A stretch of 64,000 nucleotides of DNA from Dicyema japonicum (Eukaryota; Animalia; Dicyemida), in assembly GCA_011109175.1 (NCBI GenBank), contig RDEW01000012.1, positions 1,215,220 through 1,279,219 on the forward strand. The letters are read 5' to 3'. Positions 12,901 to 24,880 of the stretch are shown one piece after another (position 1 is the first letter of the stretch; each line of letters begins with the position of its first letter). Position numbers and translations under genes: made by a program. The notes under the pieces were generated by a model, which worked only from the letters and a program-made list of their open reading frames with translations, did not search any database and had not been told where the DNA came from.

Positions 12901-15900
12901 TTCAGTATCTTTAACTGCACTCTACCTTCCAATGCTTCAATCGACAAAATATTTAGGACCATTGGAGTGGGATATTTCGACAAGGTCATTTTTCTCGTTA
13001 AAATAGTGCCGTGATTTTACCGACGAAATCATTAATTTTGTTCCAAAGCTTATTCCGGCCACTAGAATTTTGTGGCAAAGAGTTAAGATCAAAATGTTAC
13101 CAACTCCCGCAAAGTTCCATTACGTCTTCAACCTTCGAGATCTTTCGAGAATTTGGCAGGTTGTACTTCACTTTATGTTTAGGGAATGCTAAACGTGCAA
13201 AGTGATGCTATAGCCAAAGAAAGCGATCTTCTGTCATTATGGAAGCACGAGTGCACACGTGTCATCGCGGATAGATTCATCGAATTTCAAGACTTGGAAT
13301 GGTTCAACAGAGCTCTTAAAAATGTGTTCTTTAATTTTATGCGAGATTTGTGACGAAGAATTCAGCGGTGAGCTCACGGAGCAAATTGACGAAGAACCAT
13401 ATTTCGTAGACTTCTTGCGAGATGCCCCGGAGATGACTGGTTGAATTAAATAATTTGAAAATTAGGAGAGGAAGAAGAGGCTGACGTTGAAGAACCAAAG
13501 ATTTACGAGGCAATTCCATCATACGACAAGCTACTCCAGCGTCTTTCCTATTATCAAAGTAACTATAACGAATCAGTTCGATCCGGGAAGATGGACTTGG
13601 TCTTTTTCAAAGTAAGTCTGCATTTCACAAAATAGGATGCAATGACTCACTTAGTCAAGGTTTCTCGCATCATCAGAACGATTAAAGGACATGCCCTACT
13701 TGTGGGTGTTGGAGGATCAGGAAAACAGAGTATCACTAAATTAGCGTCATACATCGCCGGATACGAAACTTTCCAAATCACACTTACAAGGTTGTGACCC
13801 TTAAACACTGAAGGGCTTACAACGTGTCAAATCTGATGGATGATCTGAAATATTTATTCAAAACAGCTGGACACAGGGGAAAGGGAATCACGTTTATTTT
13901 CACCGATAATGAAATAAAAGACGAGGCTTTCCTGGAATATATCAACAACATGTTATCTTCGGGGGAGGTAATGCACTGGTTATGACTCGAGATTGCTAAT
14001 TTGTTCCCCAGAGATGAGATGGACGAGATCCACCAAGAACTGATTCCCATAATGAAACGTGAATTTCCCAGAGTTCCCCCAACTTCCGAAAATTTGCACA
14101 ATTTTTACATGACACGAGTGCGGAAGAACTTGCACGTTGTTCTTTGCTTTTCTCCCGTTTTCTAAATAATTTAACTTTAGGTTGGGGAAAAGTTCCAAAA
14201 CCGAAGCCTTAAATTTCCAAGTCTGATTACAGGGACTACAATGGATTGGTACCAGCGTTGGCCAAAGGAAGCGTTGATCGCGGTCTCAGAATATTACCTT
14301 GAGTCATTCTACATTGAATGCACAGAACAAGTAAAGAAGAGTGTCGTCAAAGTAATGGGGGAATTTCAAGTAATTTACTGAGGTTACTTTAGGATTTTGT
14401 CGCTGTTTCATGCAGTGATTACTTCCAAAGATTCCGGAGACAAACTCATGTTACTCCAAAGTCATATCTGTCGTTCATTAACGGATACAAAATTATTTAC
14501 GCGGAAAAAAAAGAGAAAATAGATGAATTGGCAAGGAGAATGAATACTGGTATGATTACTTGCTTAGGTGTAGGCCTTGACAAGTTGCTGGAGGCGACGG
14601 AATCTGTGAATATCTTATCCGTCGAATTGGTAGACAAAGAGAAGGAACTAGAAGTTGCCAATAGGGAGGCAGATGAAGTCCTGAAAGAAGTCACGATTAT
14701 GGCCACTGCTGCCGAAAAGGTCAAGGCACAAGTTGCTGTTGTCAAAGATAAGGCCCAAGCCATTGTCGACGCAATCTCTGTATACTTTTAAAGTCATCAT
14801 TAGGTTGACAAAGCCGTAGCTATAGAAAAACTAAAAGAAGCTGAACCGGCACTTTTAAAGGCAGAACAGGCCTTGCAGACTATAAAACCATCTCACATTG
14901 CGACAGGTTTACACATTTTTGCTTAAAAAACAGTAAGAAAACTAGGGAAGCCACCTCATTTGATAATGAGAATCATGGATGCTGTCCTGATATTATTCCA
15001 GCGTAGACTAGACCCGGTTCAACAGGACCCTGAAAAGCCAACAGTGAAACCGTCATGGTCAGAGGCACTCAAATTAATGTCAAGTGGAAACTTTTTGCAG
15101 AATCTTCTGAACTTTCCGAAGGTTTATATCAAAATGAACAAATAGGACAACATCAACGCTGAAATGGTTGAGTTGATGGAGCCAACGCTAAACCAAGAGG
15201 ACTACACTCTGGAAAATGCAAAGAAAGTCTCAGGCGACGTGGCTGGTCTCCTATCCTGGACTGAAGCCATGAGTTTATTCTACTTGATCAACAGAGAAGT
15301 ACTGCCTTTAAAAGTTTTGACTTGCAAACAAATTTAAAGGCCAATCTAAAAATACAAGAGGCAAAGTTAGCCGTTGCTATGGGAGATCTGAAGGTCGCAC
15401 AGGATCAGTTGGATGAGAAACAGAGGGAACTGGACAAAGCCCAGGCGATATATGACAATGCAATGGCAAAGAAACAGGCATAACTCGTTGTGGTTATTTA
15501 GGCGCTGCTTGATGATGCCGAAGCCTGTCGTAAAAAAATGAGCAATGCGAAACAGCTCATCGATGGACTATCCGGTGAGAAGATCCGTTGGACTGCAGCT
15601 AGCAAACAATTTTCTTTACAGATCTACAAACTTGTGGGGGACATATTGCTTTGTACTGGATTTCTGTCCTACGGAGGGCCGTTCAACCAACAATTCCGAA
15701 ACATTCTGATACAAAATTGGAAGAAAATGATGGTCAAGCATGGAATCCCATTCGATGATGTTAGAGTTAGGAGATATCCCTAGGAATTGAACATAATAAA
15801 TATGCTCGTTGATAATACCACCATAAGTGAGTGGAATTTGCAAGGATTGCCGAATGATGAACTATCCACCCAGAATGGTCTCATTGCTACAAAGGCTGCT

Positions 15901-18900
15901 CGATATCCCCTTTTGATTGATCCACAAATGCAGGGGAAGACTTGGATCAAAAATAGGGAGGTTCAAGGATTGATTGTATTCTAAATGATCACATTTAGGT
16001 GACCAAACTAAGTCATAAATATTTCAGGACTCATCTGGAGACGCCCTTTCACAAGGACGACCTCTTTTGATTGAGGATATTGACGAAGAGTTAGACCCCG
16101 CTTTGGATAATATTTTGGAGAAGAATTTCATTAAAACTGGCTCAACCTATAAGGTATCCCCCAATCAAGTATTTAAAGGTCATTGTCGGGGATAAGGAGG
16201 TTGATGTGATGAATGGATTTATGCTATATATTACCACAAAATTGTCAAATCCTGCCTTTACTCCAGAAGTGAGCGCCCGAACCTCCATTAATTGATTTCA
16301 CTGTAACAATGAAGGGACTCGAAGACCAGCTACTCGGGATCACAATCCTGAAAGAGAAAAATGTCTGCCATTTTGTTATTGAAAGGAATTGGAAGCGGAA
16401 AGAACTAAATTATTCGAAGAAGTTACCGCAAACAAACGTCGAATGAAAGAATTGGAAGATAACTTGCTTTACAGGCTAACCACAACTGAGGGATCTTTGG
16501 TCGAGGACGACTCCCTCATTGAAGTCCTTCAGGTAACTAAAGCGACCGCCCACGAAGTTAGTGAAAAATTGCAAATTGCCGCTGACACTGAAATCAAGAT
16601 TAATACAGCTCGAGAAGAATTCCGTCCAGGTAGACGAAATCAAACAAACTTTAGTGGCTTCAAGGGGGAGTATTATGTACTTTCTGATCGTGGAAATGAG
16701 CATGGTGAACGTTATGTACCAAACGTCCTTGAAACAATTCCTCCAACTTTTCGACAAATCAATGAATGACTCCCCAAAGTCACCCATTACGCAAAAACGG
16801 ATTGCTAATATCATCGACTACTTAACTTATCAAGTATTCTGCTACACCCAACGGGGGTTCTACGAAGTCGACAAATTTTTATTTACAATTCTCATGACTT
16901 TGAAGATACAACTGAGTTTCGGAAATTTGAGACACGAGGAATTCCAAATTTTCATCAAAGGTTTGAATTTCAAGTTAGACAAGGTGGTGCTGCTTTGGAT
17001 TTAAATGCCGTCGAGCCGAAACCTAAAAAGTGGATACAAGATATCACGTGGCTTAATCTCGTTGAATTGAGTCGACTAAGCCAATTTTCACAGATTTTAA
17101 GTCAAGTAGCTCGTAATGACAAAGTTGACTGATATTTAATCTGCAGGTATGGAAAGAGTGGTTCGACAAGGACAGTCCTGAAGATAGTATTTTGCCGGAC
17201 GGGTATGACACGACTCTAGACATATTTAAAAAACTTCTTTTGGTGAGATGTTGGTGTCCTGACCGGTGTATTCCAATGGCCAAAAGATACGTTTCTGAAA
17301 TAATGGGACGTGAGGTAGAATTCGACGTTACTGTAGTACGCGGAAGGAGCTGTCCTTAATTTGGAAAGTATTTCGTCTGAGGGGGACGAAAGGACGCCTA
17401 TTATTTGTTTCCTTTCCATGGGATCAGACCCGACAGACAACATTGAAAAATATGCCAAAAAGATTGGTCTCCGTATACTTTGGTGAGAATGCTTTAGAGT
17501 GCAATGCGATATCAATGGGACAAGGTCAGGAGATTCACGCTCGGAAACTCCTTCAAATGGCAATGCAGGAAGGAAATTGGGTTATACTCCAAAACTGTCA
17601 TTTGGGGTTGAATTTTATGGACGAGCTACTTGAGATGGTTTTGCAAAAATTAAGCATTATTAGCTTCAAAATACAGAAAACATTGATTCTAAATTCCGGG
17701 GGTGGATTACTACAGAAGTACACCCGAAATTCTCCATCAACTTACTCCAGTCGTCGATAAAATTCACATTCGAACCCCCACAGGGCATCAAAGCTGGCAT
17801 AAAGCGAACATATGCCGGGGTTACTCAAGTAGACTTTTTTTTTACGAATCAGGAACAACTGGACTATACAAACATCCCTTGGTGGAGACCACTTCTCTAC
17901 GCTGTGGCCTTCCTCCATACAACTGTTCAGGAAAGAAGAAAATTTGGTCCAATCGGGTGGAATATTCCGTATGAGTTTAACCAATCAGACTTCAACGCCA
18001 CAGTTCAGTTTATAAGCAATTACCTGGATGAAGTTGACGTCAAAAAAGTTCGCAATCGAGATATTTCAGGGAATATCGTGGGTTACTATCCGCTATATGA
18101 TCAGTGAAGTACAGTATGGGGGAAGAGTCACTGATGACTTTGATAAAATTCTGCTGAATACTTATGCAAGGGTCTGGTTCAGTGACCAAATCTTTACCCC
18201 CTCATTTCAGTTTTATACCAGTAAATTCGGCCATTTTGACATTTAGACTATGTGATTCCAAACCATAAGAATATTGAGGACTATAGAACATATATTGAGT
18301 CTCTCCCACTCGTGGACACTCCGGAATGTTTTGGTCTCCACCCCAATGCAGACATCACGTAATATTATAAGCTATTTAGATACTCCACAACGATGGGTAA
18401 CCAAATGCTGAGCACAATCGTGAGCATTCAACCCAAAGACGCCAGTGGAACTGGTGGAGAAACCCGAGAGAGTGCTGTTTATAGGATAGCCGAGGATATG
18501 CTTAGTAAACTCCCACAAAACTACGTCGACTTTGAAGTATGCATGAATGCTTATTCCACAGGTCAAAAATGCCTTGAAAAAGATGGGTCACTTGCAGCCA
18601 CTGAACATATTCCTACGTCAAGAAATCGACAGGATTAAACGTGTGATAGGACTCGTGTATGCCACACTAAACGATTTGAAACTGGCCATCGACGGGACTA
18701 TAATCATGAGCGAGAACCTCAGAGATGCGCTTGATAGTTTATATGATGCTAGAATCCCAAGCACGTGGGCAAAGGTGAAATACGATCTTTCATTTAAAGA
18801 TCTCATGGGAATCGGCAACCATTGGATTTTGGTTTACCAATCTATTAGAACGAATGTGCAGTTGAACACGTGGCTCTTTGGAGGAAGACCAAAATCCTTT

Positions 18901-19361
18901 TGGATGACTGGATTCTTCAATCCACAGGTAAAATCTAAATTCAGAAAATAAGGGATTTTTGACCGCAATGAGGCAGGAAATTACACGTGCCCATAAAGGG
19001 TGGGCCTTGGATTGTGTTTCACTGTCCAACGAAGTCCTAAACAATCGAAGGAGGAGATCACTAAATCCCCCGAAGAAGGAGTATACGTTTACGGACTTTA
19101 TTTGGACGGAGCTGACTGGGATAAGAAAAATGGGAGATTAGTTGAGCCTCAGCCAAAAGTTTTGAACACAATTCTGCCGGTTGTGCATATTTTTGCCACA
19201 AACTCTGAACGTCCATCTGGCAAAACCTTATACGAATGTCCCGTGTATAAAAAACCACGGAGAACTGATTTAAATTACATATTTAACCTCCTACTTAAAA
19301 CACGAAAGAACCCGAACATTGGACTCTTAGAGGAGTGGCCGTCCTTTGTGACACCAAGTAG
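3908..19361 (+). CDS. DNAH5: Axonemal outer-arm dynein heavy chain (gamma/DNAH5-DNAH8 type), about 78 micro-introns
   Basis: Spliced translation gives AAA1 [35 protein letters not shown]2 [44 protein letters not shown]3 GEQ|GTAKT, AAA4 GVGGSGKQS, the stalk, and a C-terminus (HW)[12 protein letters not shown] ending at TAG 19359-19361. The start MSD|SITSLDG at 3908 is inferred. About 7 small indels break the frame. DNAH5 versus DNAH8 cannot be separated by eye. Confidence 0.95.
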
Positions 19362-19539
19362 ACCTAACTGATTAATCAAACTAATTAACAATTATTAACT
19401 TAAATAATAAATTTTAACAAAAAATTTAAATAATTATTAATATCCCATTTACTATATTGGGTCAAAAAATTCTTATTTATTTACCCCCGGATCCTTCAAG
19501 TGAAAGAAACCATTTGCTGACAAAAACGTCACAGCCAAG

Positions 19540-19960
19540 AGCTGACGCTAGATCTGACAGGTATATTTGGTTCTGTGAGAACTAGAAGGTGGATCCGAAC
19601 AAGAAAAGAGGTGACCTTCGGTCGTCAAGAAAGCATGATGTGGATAGTGGAGAGGACGATTATCCAATCCTTTACAGATATGTACATCTCTGAACTAATG
19701 CTCAAAAATCGCGGTTACAGAAAAAGGGCTTTTGGAGTGACAGAGAAGAGATCTACTGACAAAAAGAACATGATGCCGACATCCTTGGAGATCCTAATCA
19801 GGAGGAATAATGGAGGAGGCCTGGTCCAACGTGATCAGGAGACAACCCGACCCCAACGAGTTTGCGTAGGATCGAGGGAGTAGGATAAAGCCAAGCTGAG
19901 ATCCTGAATTAAATTTTTCGGGATCACTTGTTTGTTTTTCTGTTAGCGGTAGTCTTGGAA
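19540..19960 (+). mobile_element. I/Jockey-group LINE 3' fragment
   Basis: ORF2 C-terminal-like translation (IIQSF...KRAFGVTE) followed by the family 3' motif GGATCACTTGTTTG...GTCTTGGAA. Confidence 0.5.
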
Positions 19961-20256
19961 TGAAAATTTAATTTTACCCATAAGATGTGAGAAGGGAGAT
20001 GATTGATTCTGGCGCTGAGAGAGGGAATAATGATATGTTGTAAGTTCTCCAAGAGAAAGATAATTTTTAACGATTTAGATGATTGCTTACAATAAATTTG
20101 GCAGTCTTAATGGAATCCTAATACAAATGTGACTATAAGTAGCATATACAGTCAAATCTCTCGAATCCACTGCTTCTTGAATACGCTCTTTATTAATATA
20201 GAAATTTTTTTATTTAATTGTGAGTTAAATCATTAATTTTTTTATTTCTAACAATA

Positions 20257-21707
20257 CAGGGTTTTCCTTATTTATTTAATAACTTTGTCATAAAATTTAA
20301 TAATTTTGTCAAAATATTTAATAACTTTGTCAAAATATTTAATAACTTTGTCAAAATATTAATAACTTTGTCAAAGTGTTTAATAACTTTGTCAAGGGTA
20401 AGATTAAAAAAAACAATTTTAATAATTAATTAAAAAAACAACTGTAAATTAAAACTCTTCATTAGCCAATGCTTTAACTAAATAGCTCCGAATGTGGCTA
20501 TACAAATTATTGCACATATCTGATGGAATTTCTCCGATGTTTTGGATTGCGTTTATTAATTCTTCAGAGTTCCTACAATTTTTCTTTTTGATGTTATTTT
20601 TCCAAACAAAAAAGTACTCTTCAATTAGATTAAGTTGAGGAGTTTAAGAAGGCAAAAAATACAATTCATTCCCTATAAACGTTAAAAATTAATTGGATAC
20701 CAATTTCCGAATACAACATTTTTTAATTGCTCGCTATTGTGAATTGATGCATTGTCACATATCAATACCATGTCTTAAATATAACATATAACCATACTTT
20801 TTTCCCTGCTTGTTCAAGCTTTATAATTAAGCTGTATTACAAAATCACTGAACGTCTCCGCGCGATAAGGAGAGGAATTGATTTCGTAATATAAAAGGGC
20901 GTCCACTAAAATAGCAGCAAAAATAGAGAAAATTTTCTTTCTTATGTTTCTAATACATTTTTCGGAGTAACTCCTTTTATAGATCTCCCAAATTTAGATC
21001 TCATCGAACAATTGACTCCCATCTCGTCTATAAAAATAAGCCGTTGATTATCAATTACAATTATTTTTCTGGCATATCTATATCTTTCTTCCATATTTAT
21101 TGTAGAATTTCTCGCCATAGGTACAAATTGAATTTTCTTAAAACTATATCCAAATGTCTCTTGCGTCATATTTATTGTCGATAGAGACATTTTTCTTTGC
21201 ACATCAAATAAAAAATTTTGTAAATTCTTCAGCGTAAATGAAGCATCTTCTTCAATTCTTTATGTCAAAAATAAGATGTCCGATGAATTAAGTTTTTTTA
21301 TTCGTCCACAATTATTTCTTGTTGAAGCAAAACTTCTTGTATTTTTGTATTTTTTGGCGATATAAACAACTGTCTGGTAGTTAATACAGATGTCTTCGCT
21401 TATTTTTGAATAAGCCAACCCTGCTTCATATTTATTTATAATAAGTTTTCGGTTATCCTCGGATACAGTAGTATTTTTGTTTTTGTAACTATTCATTTAA
21501 TTCATTTTGCGCTAAAATTTGTTTTTATAGGGACTTAATAATCCAATAAATATAAATAATGATCCAAAAAATATAATAATGATCCAAAAAATATAAATAA
21601 TGATCCCTAAAATATAAATAATAATCCAAAAAATATGAATAATAATCCCATAAATATTTGACAGTTATTAACATTTTGACAAAGTTATTAAATAAATAGA
21701 AATCCTG
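20257..21707 (-). mobile_element. Tc1/IS630-like DNA transposon with subterminal repeat arrays, degraded transposase
   Basis: TIRs CAGGGTTTTCCTTATTTATTTAATAACTTTGTCA and CAGGATTTCTATTTATTTAATAACTTTGTCA, with TA flanks. Minus strand shows an HTH (SEDNRKLIINKYEAG...), RLIFIDEMG, ICDNASIH and LPS*TPQLNLIEE. Confidence 0.85.
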
Positions 21708-22279
21708 TAATTATTTTTGAGATGGGTCGTTGTGTTAGGCTTTCTATTAACCAGTTGAGGTATACCATCCAGGCATACGAGAAGTCTAGATGGGAAGGAG
21801 AAAATTGTTATTTTTGGTGTTATTCGACACTGAGTGCACCATAAAAGGTGAACTACATGACGACACGCTAACATTTTACCAATTTTTTCATCGGTCTGTG
21901 TGGTCACGAAACAAGTCGTTTTTTCCACTCAATACTAAAAGCCTCAAATACACGTAAATTGGGGAAAAACCCACCTCTTTTCAAATCTTAATGAAAGGTG
22001 ATCGTCGTCGATACAGGAAAGCCGTGGGTACTCAGGAGGAACATAAGAAAAACTTCTCGATCCTTTTGAGGTGTACAGGGATCACTTAATTAGTTGGTTT
22101 AATCTTTTCTTGGTGTTCCTTTCTCGAAGTTATAAAATAAATAAAAATTAACATAAAATTTAAATTCTTCGCTATGTATATGAAAACCCATCAGTGTGTG
22201 GCGCACACAAATTTTCAGGATTTTTTTCCAGATTGAAAAAAGACGATTTCTCCCAGAGCTATAAACAACGACCTTAAAT

Positions 22280-24880
22280 AAAAATCCGCCTTTTGAATAG
22301 AACTGATATAAAAAACACAACAAGAATTCCAAAATTAATTAGGAAAAAATGATCCGTCATTAAACATAAACGGATCAGAGGAAAGATTGCCGAACTTTCC
22401 TTATTCTTGGAGAGGAACAGAGTAGACATCTGCCTTCTCCAGGTTACGAAGCGTTCAAATAACATTCCTACTCCTCACTTTAACATACAACACAATAAGA
22501 TCCAACCGCCCATCTGGCCAAGGAGTGGGTCTACTGACTCTTGTGAGAAAAGGAATAAAATACCTCTAGAACCTTTCTCCTTACAGGAGCCTAATGGAAG
22601 ACTCGAACACGGAGATAATTGGAATCTCTGTTATAACTTCCATTGGAAAAATTGAATTTGCGAATGTTTATGTTCCTCCTTTTGGCTCCTGCAAAAAAAT
22701 TTATCCTTTGACCTATTGACCTTGGACAAACTGGAGAACTTGCTTTTATGTGGAGACCTGAATGCGAAGCACCCTTCTTGGTTCCGCTACCAGTCCGCTG
22801 ATAACAGAGGAAACCTGCTATTATCCCAAATGCAAAACTTAATAATCATCAACAACCCGAAAAGAACACTAGGACACCATACAACACGAAGGACATGGTG
22901 ACATCTCCGGACTTGTCAATCTGCTCACCTCGTCTTTCCCGATCATTAATTGGACGGTCCGTTATGACCTCCAGAGTGACCACCATTCAATGATAATGAA
23001 GCTGAACTGCGAGCCACGCTTTGTACCGAAGCCTATTCATTTCTAAAAAAAATTGGACTGGTTTTACAAATTTCGTTGATTCAAAACTGCAACATTTCTA
23101 CCCTGAAAATTTCTCCTCCATAGACAAAGCTGTATATACTATTTCAACAAAAATCATTGACGGAGAAAATTTTTATTAGAAAAGCATATATAAAAAACGA
23201 AAAATTAAAATACGACTCAAAAACAAGAAAATAATTATGGAAAGAAACAACCTTGAGAGAAATGACACATCGTTCACAAGGGTTATTTATTCAATCAGGT
23301 CACTAAACATTCTTATAACGAAAAGCACAAACAACACCCGAAGGAGGAAACTCATGCGAATCTCTGTGACCATGAATAATCAATTTCCAACATGTGGAAG
23401 ATGTTGAGGCGTCCGAAGAACCCAGAATACAAAGATAACAAAGAACAATGCCAGCTCAATCTGAATAAATTTATAAAACATTGTATCAGAATCAGTCACA
23501 TTCATTATAAAAATATTAACACACAACCGAAAATAAAGAAAGCCATCCAAAATGGCCCCGCAGATTTATTTTCTCCTAAAGATGTATCCAAAGTAATATC
23601 AAATCAGAAAAAAACAAACTCATGTGGCCCAGACGGAATTCTTCTTATTCTGCTAAAACACTTGGGCCCAGCATCAATAAATACATTAACAATCATTTAC
23701 AACACATCGCTAAACATAAATACCATACCAAATTATGGAAATTATCAAAAATTCGTCCAATATTGAAACCGGGAAGACCAAAGAACGATCCCGGATCTTA
23801 CAGACCAGTTTTCCATATATGCGTTTTATCGAGGATCCTGGAGAAACTGGTCCTAGAACTTATTCGCTTTTTTCTTTCACAACCTACATTCCAACATGGC
23901 TTTTAGGAAGGATTATCAACAACCTCCTTCCTAACGACATTAATGAAGCTCATAACTGAAGGACACAAAAACAAGCAAAAACAGGAAAAATCGGTCATAT
24001 GTACGATCGACATTCAAAAAGCTTTCGACTCTGTCCCAAGGAAGATCCTCATACGAAAAATATTTTTGACAAAAATTGATGCACCATTAAAGTTATAGTT
24101 AGCAAATTTCGTAAGTGGACGCCGAGGGAAAGTGTCCGTCGGAAACAAGAGTTCCAGATCGGATTATTACCCAATGGTGTACCCCAGGGATCTCCTTTGT
24201 CACCAATCCTCTTTAATTTGCTTCTGAATGATCTCCCCGTACCTATGAATAATAATGACATGCTACTTTCCTATGCCGATGACATAGTTGTCGCATCTAG
24301 GGACGTAAATGTCGAACATGCTAAGGAAAGACTACAAGGAATATTAAATAGCATAAATGGATGGTTGTGCGAAATCGATTAAATGCATGTTCCGAAAAGT
24401 CAGCAGTCACTCTATTTACTAAGAATAGAAAGATGGGAACGCAAATAATTGATGTCTCGTTAAATGGAGTACAAATACCACAAAAGAAATCGCAGAAGAT
24501 ACTGGGAGTAACTTTTGATACTTTCCTCTTCAGCCCATGTGGAATCCATCATATTAACCTGTGCAAAAAAGATCGATTTTGTAAAAGCCTTCCTTTGGAA
24601 CTGTGGAGGAATTTATCCGCCAGGTATCGGGACCCTCTACAAGCAGTATGTCGAGCCAACAAAAGGCTATGCATGTGCTACATGGGCCCAGAGCACTCGA
24701 GTCTATCATAGAGGCAATTTCAGAAGAGAAGGGAAAAGACTCCCGTCCGTATAGAAAATGTGTGGGATCACGGTCGGAGCATCGAGAAAAAATGGCCCGA
24801 TTATTGAGAGATGTCGAAATCACCTGAATATTAGTTAGTTGGTTAAGACGTTGTTTCTTTGGCTTAAATAATAATAATGG
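22280..24880 (+). mobile_element. Near full-length ORF2 of an I/Jockey-group non-LTR retrotransposon (APE + RT), degraded
   Basis: APE motifs RVDICLLQ and CGDLNAKHPSW. RT motifs SCGPDGI, KIRPILKPG..PGSYRPV, IDIQKAFDSVP, GVPQGSPLSPILFN and SYADD. Ends RLLRDVEIT* plus a TAA-repeat tail. Many stops and frameshifts. Confidence 0.9.

Noticed and set aside
16030-19320. Euplotes-type programmed ribosomal frameshifting
   Set aside because: The shift sites have no shared slippery-codon-plus-stop signature and involve A, C and G runs, which fits homopolymer consensus error.
3908-19361. Alternative nuclear genetic code (ciliate-like stop reassignment) as the cause of the fragmented ORFs
   Set aside because: All in-frame stops fall inside removable micro-introns or after indels. 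Genes end at ordinary TAG/TAA/TGA, and conserved Gln and Trp positions use standard codons.
20270-21655. CRISPR-like arrays
   Set aside because: The units are head-to-tail without unique spacers and lie inside the TIRs of a Tc1-like element in a eukaryotic genome. No cas genes are present.
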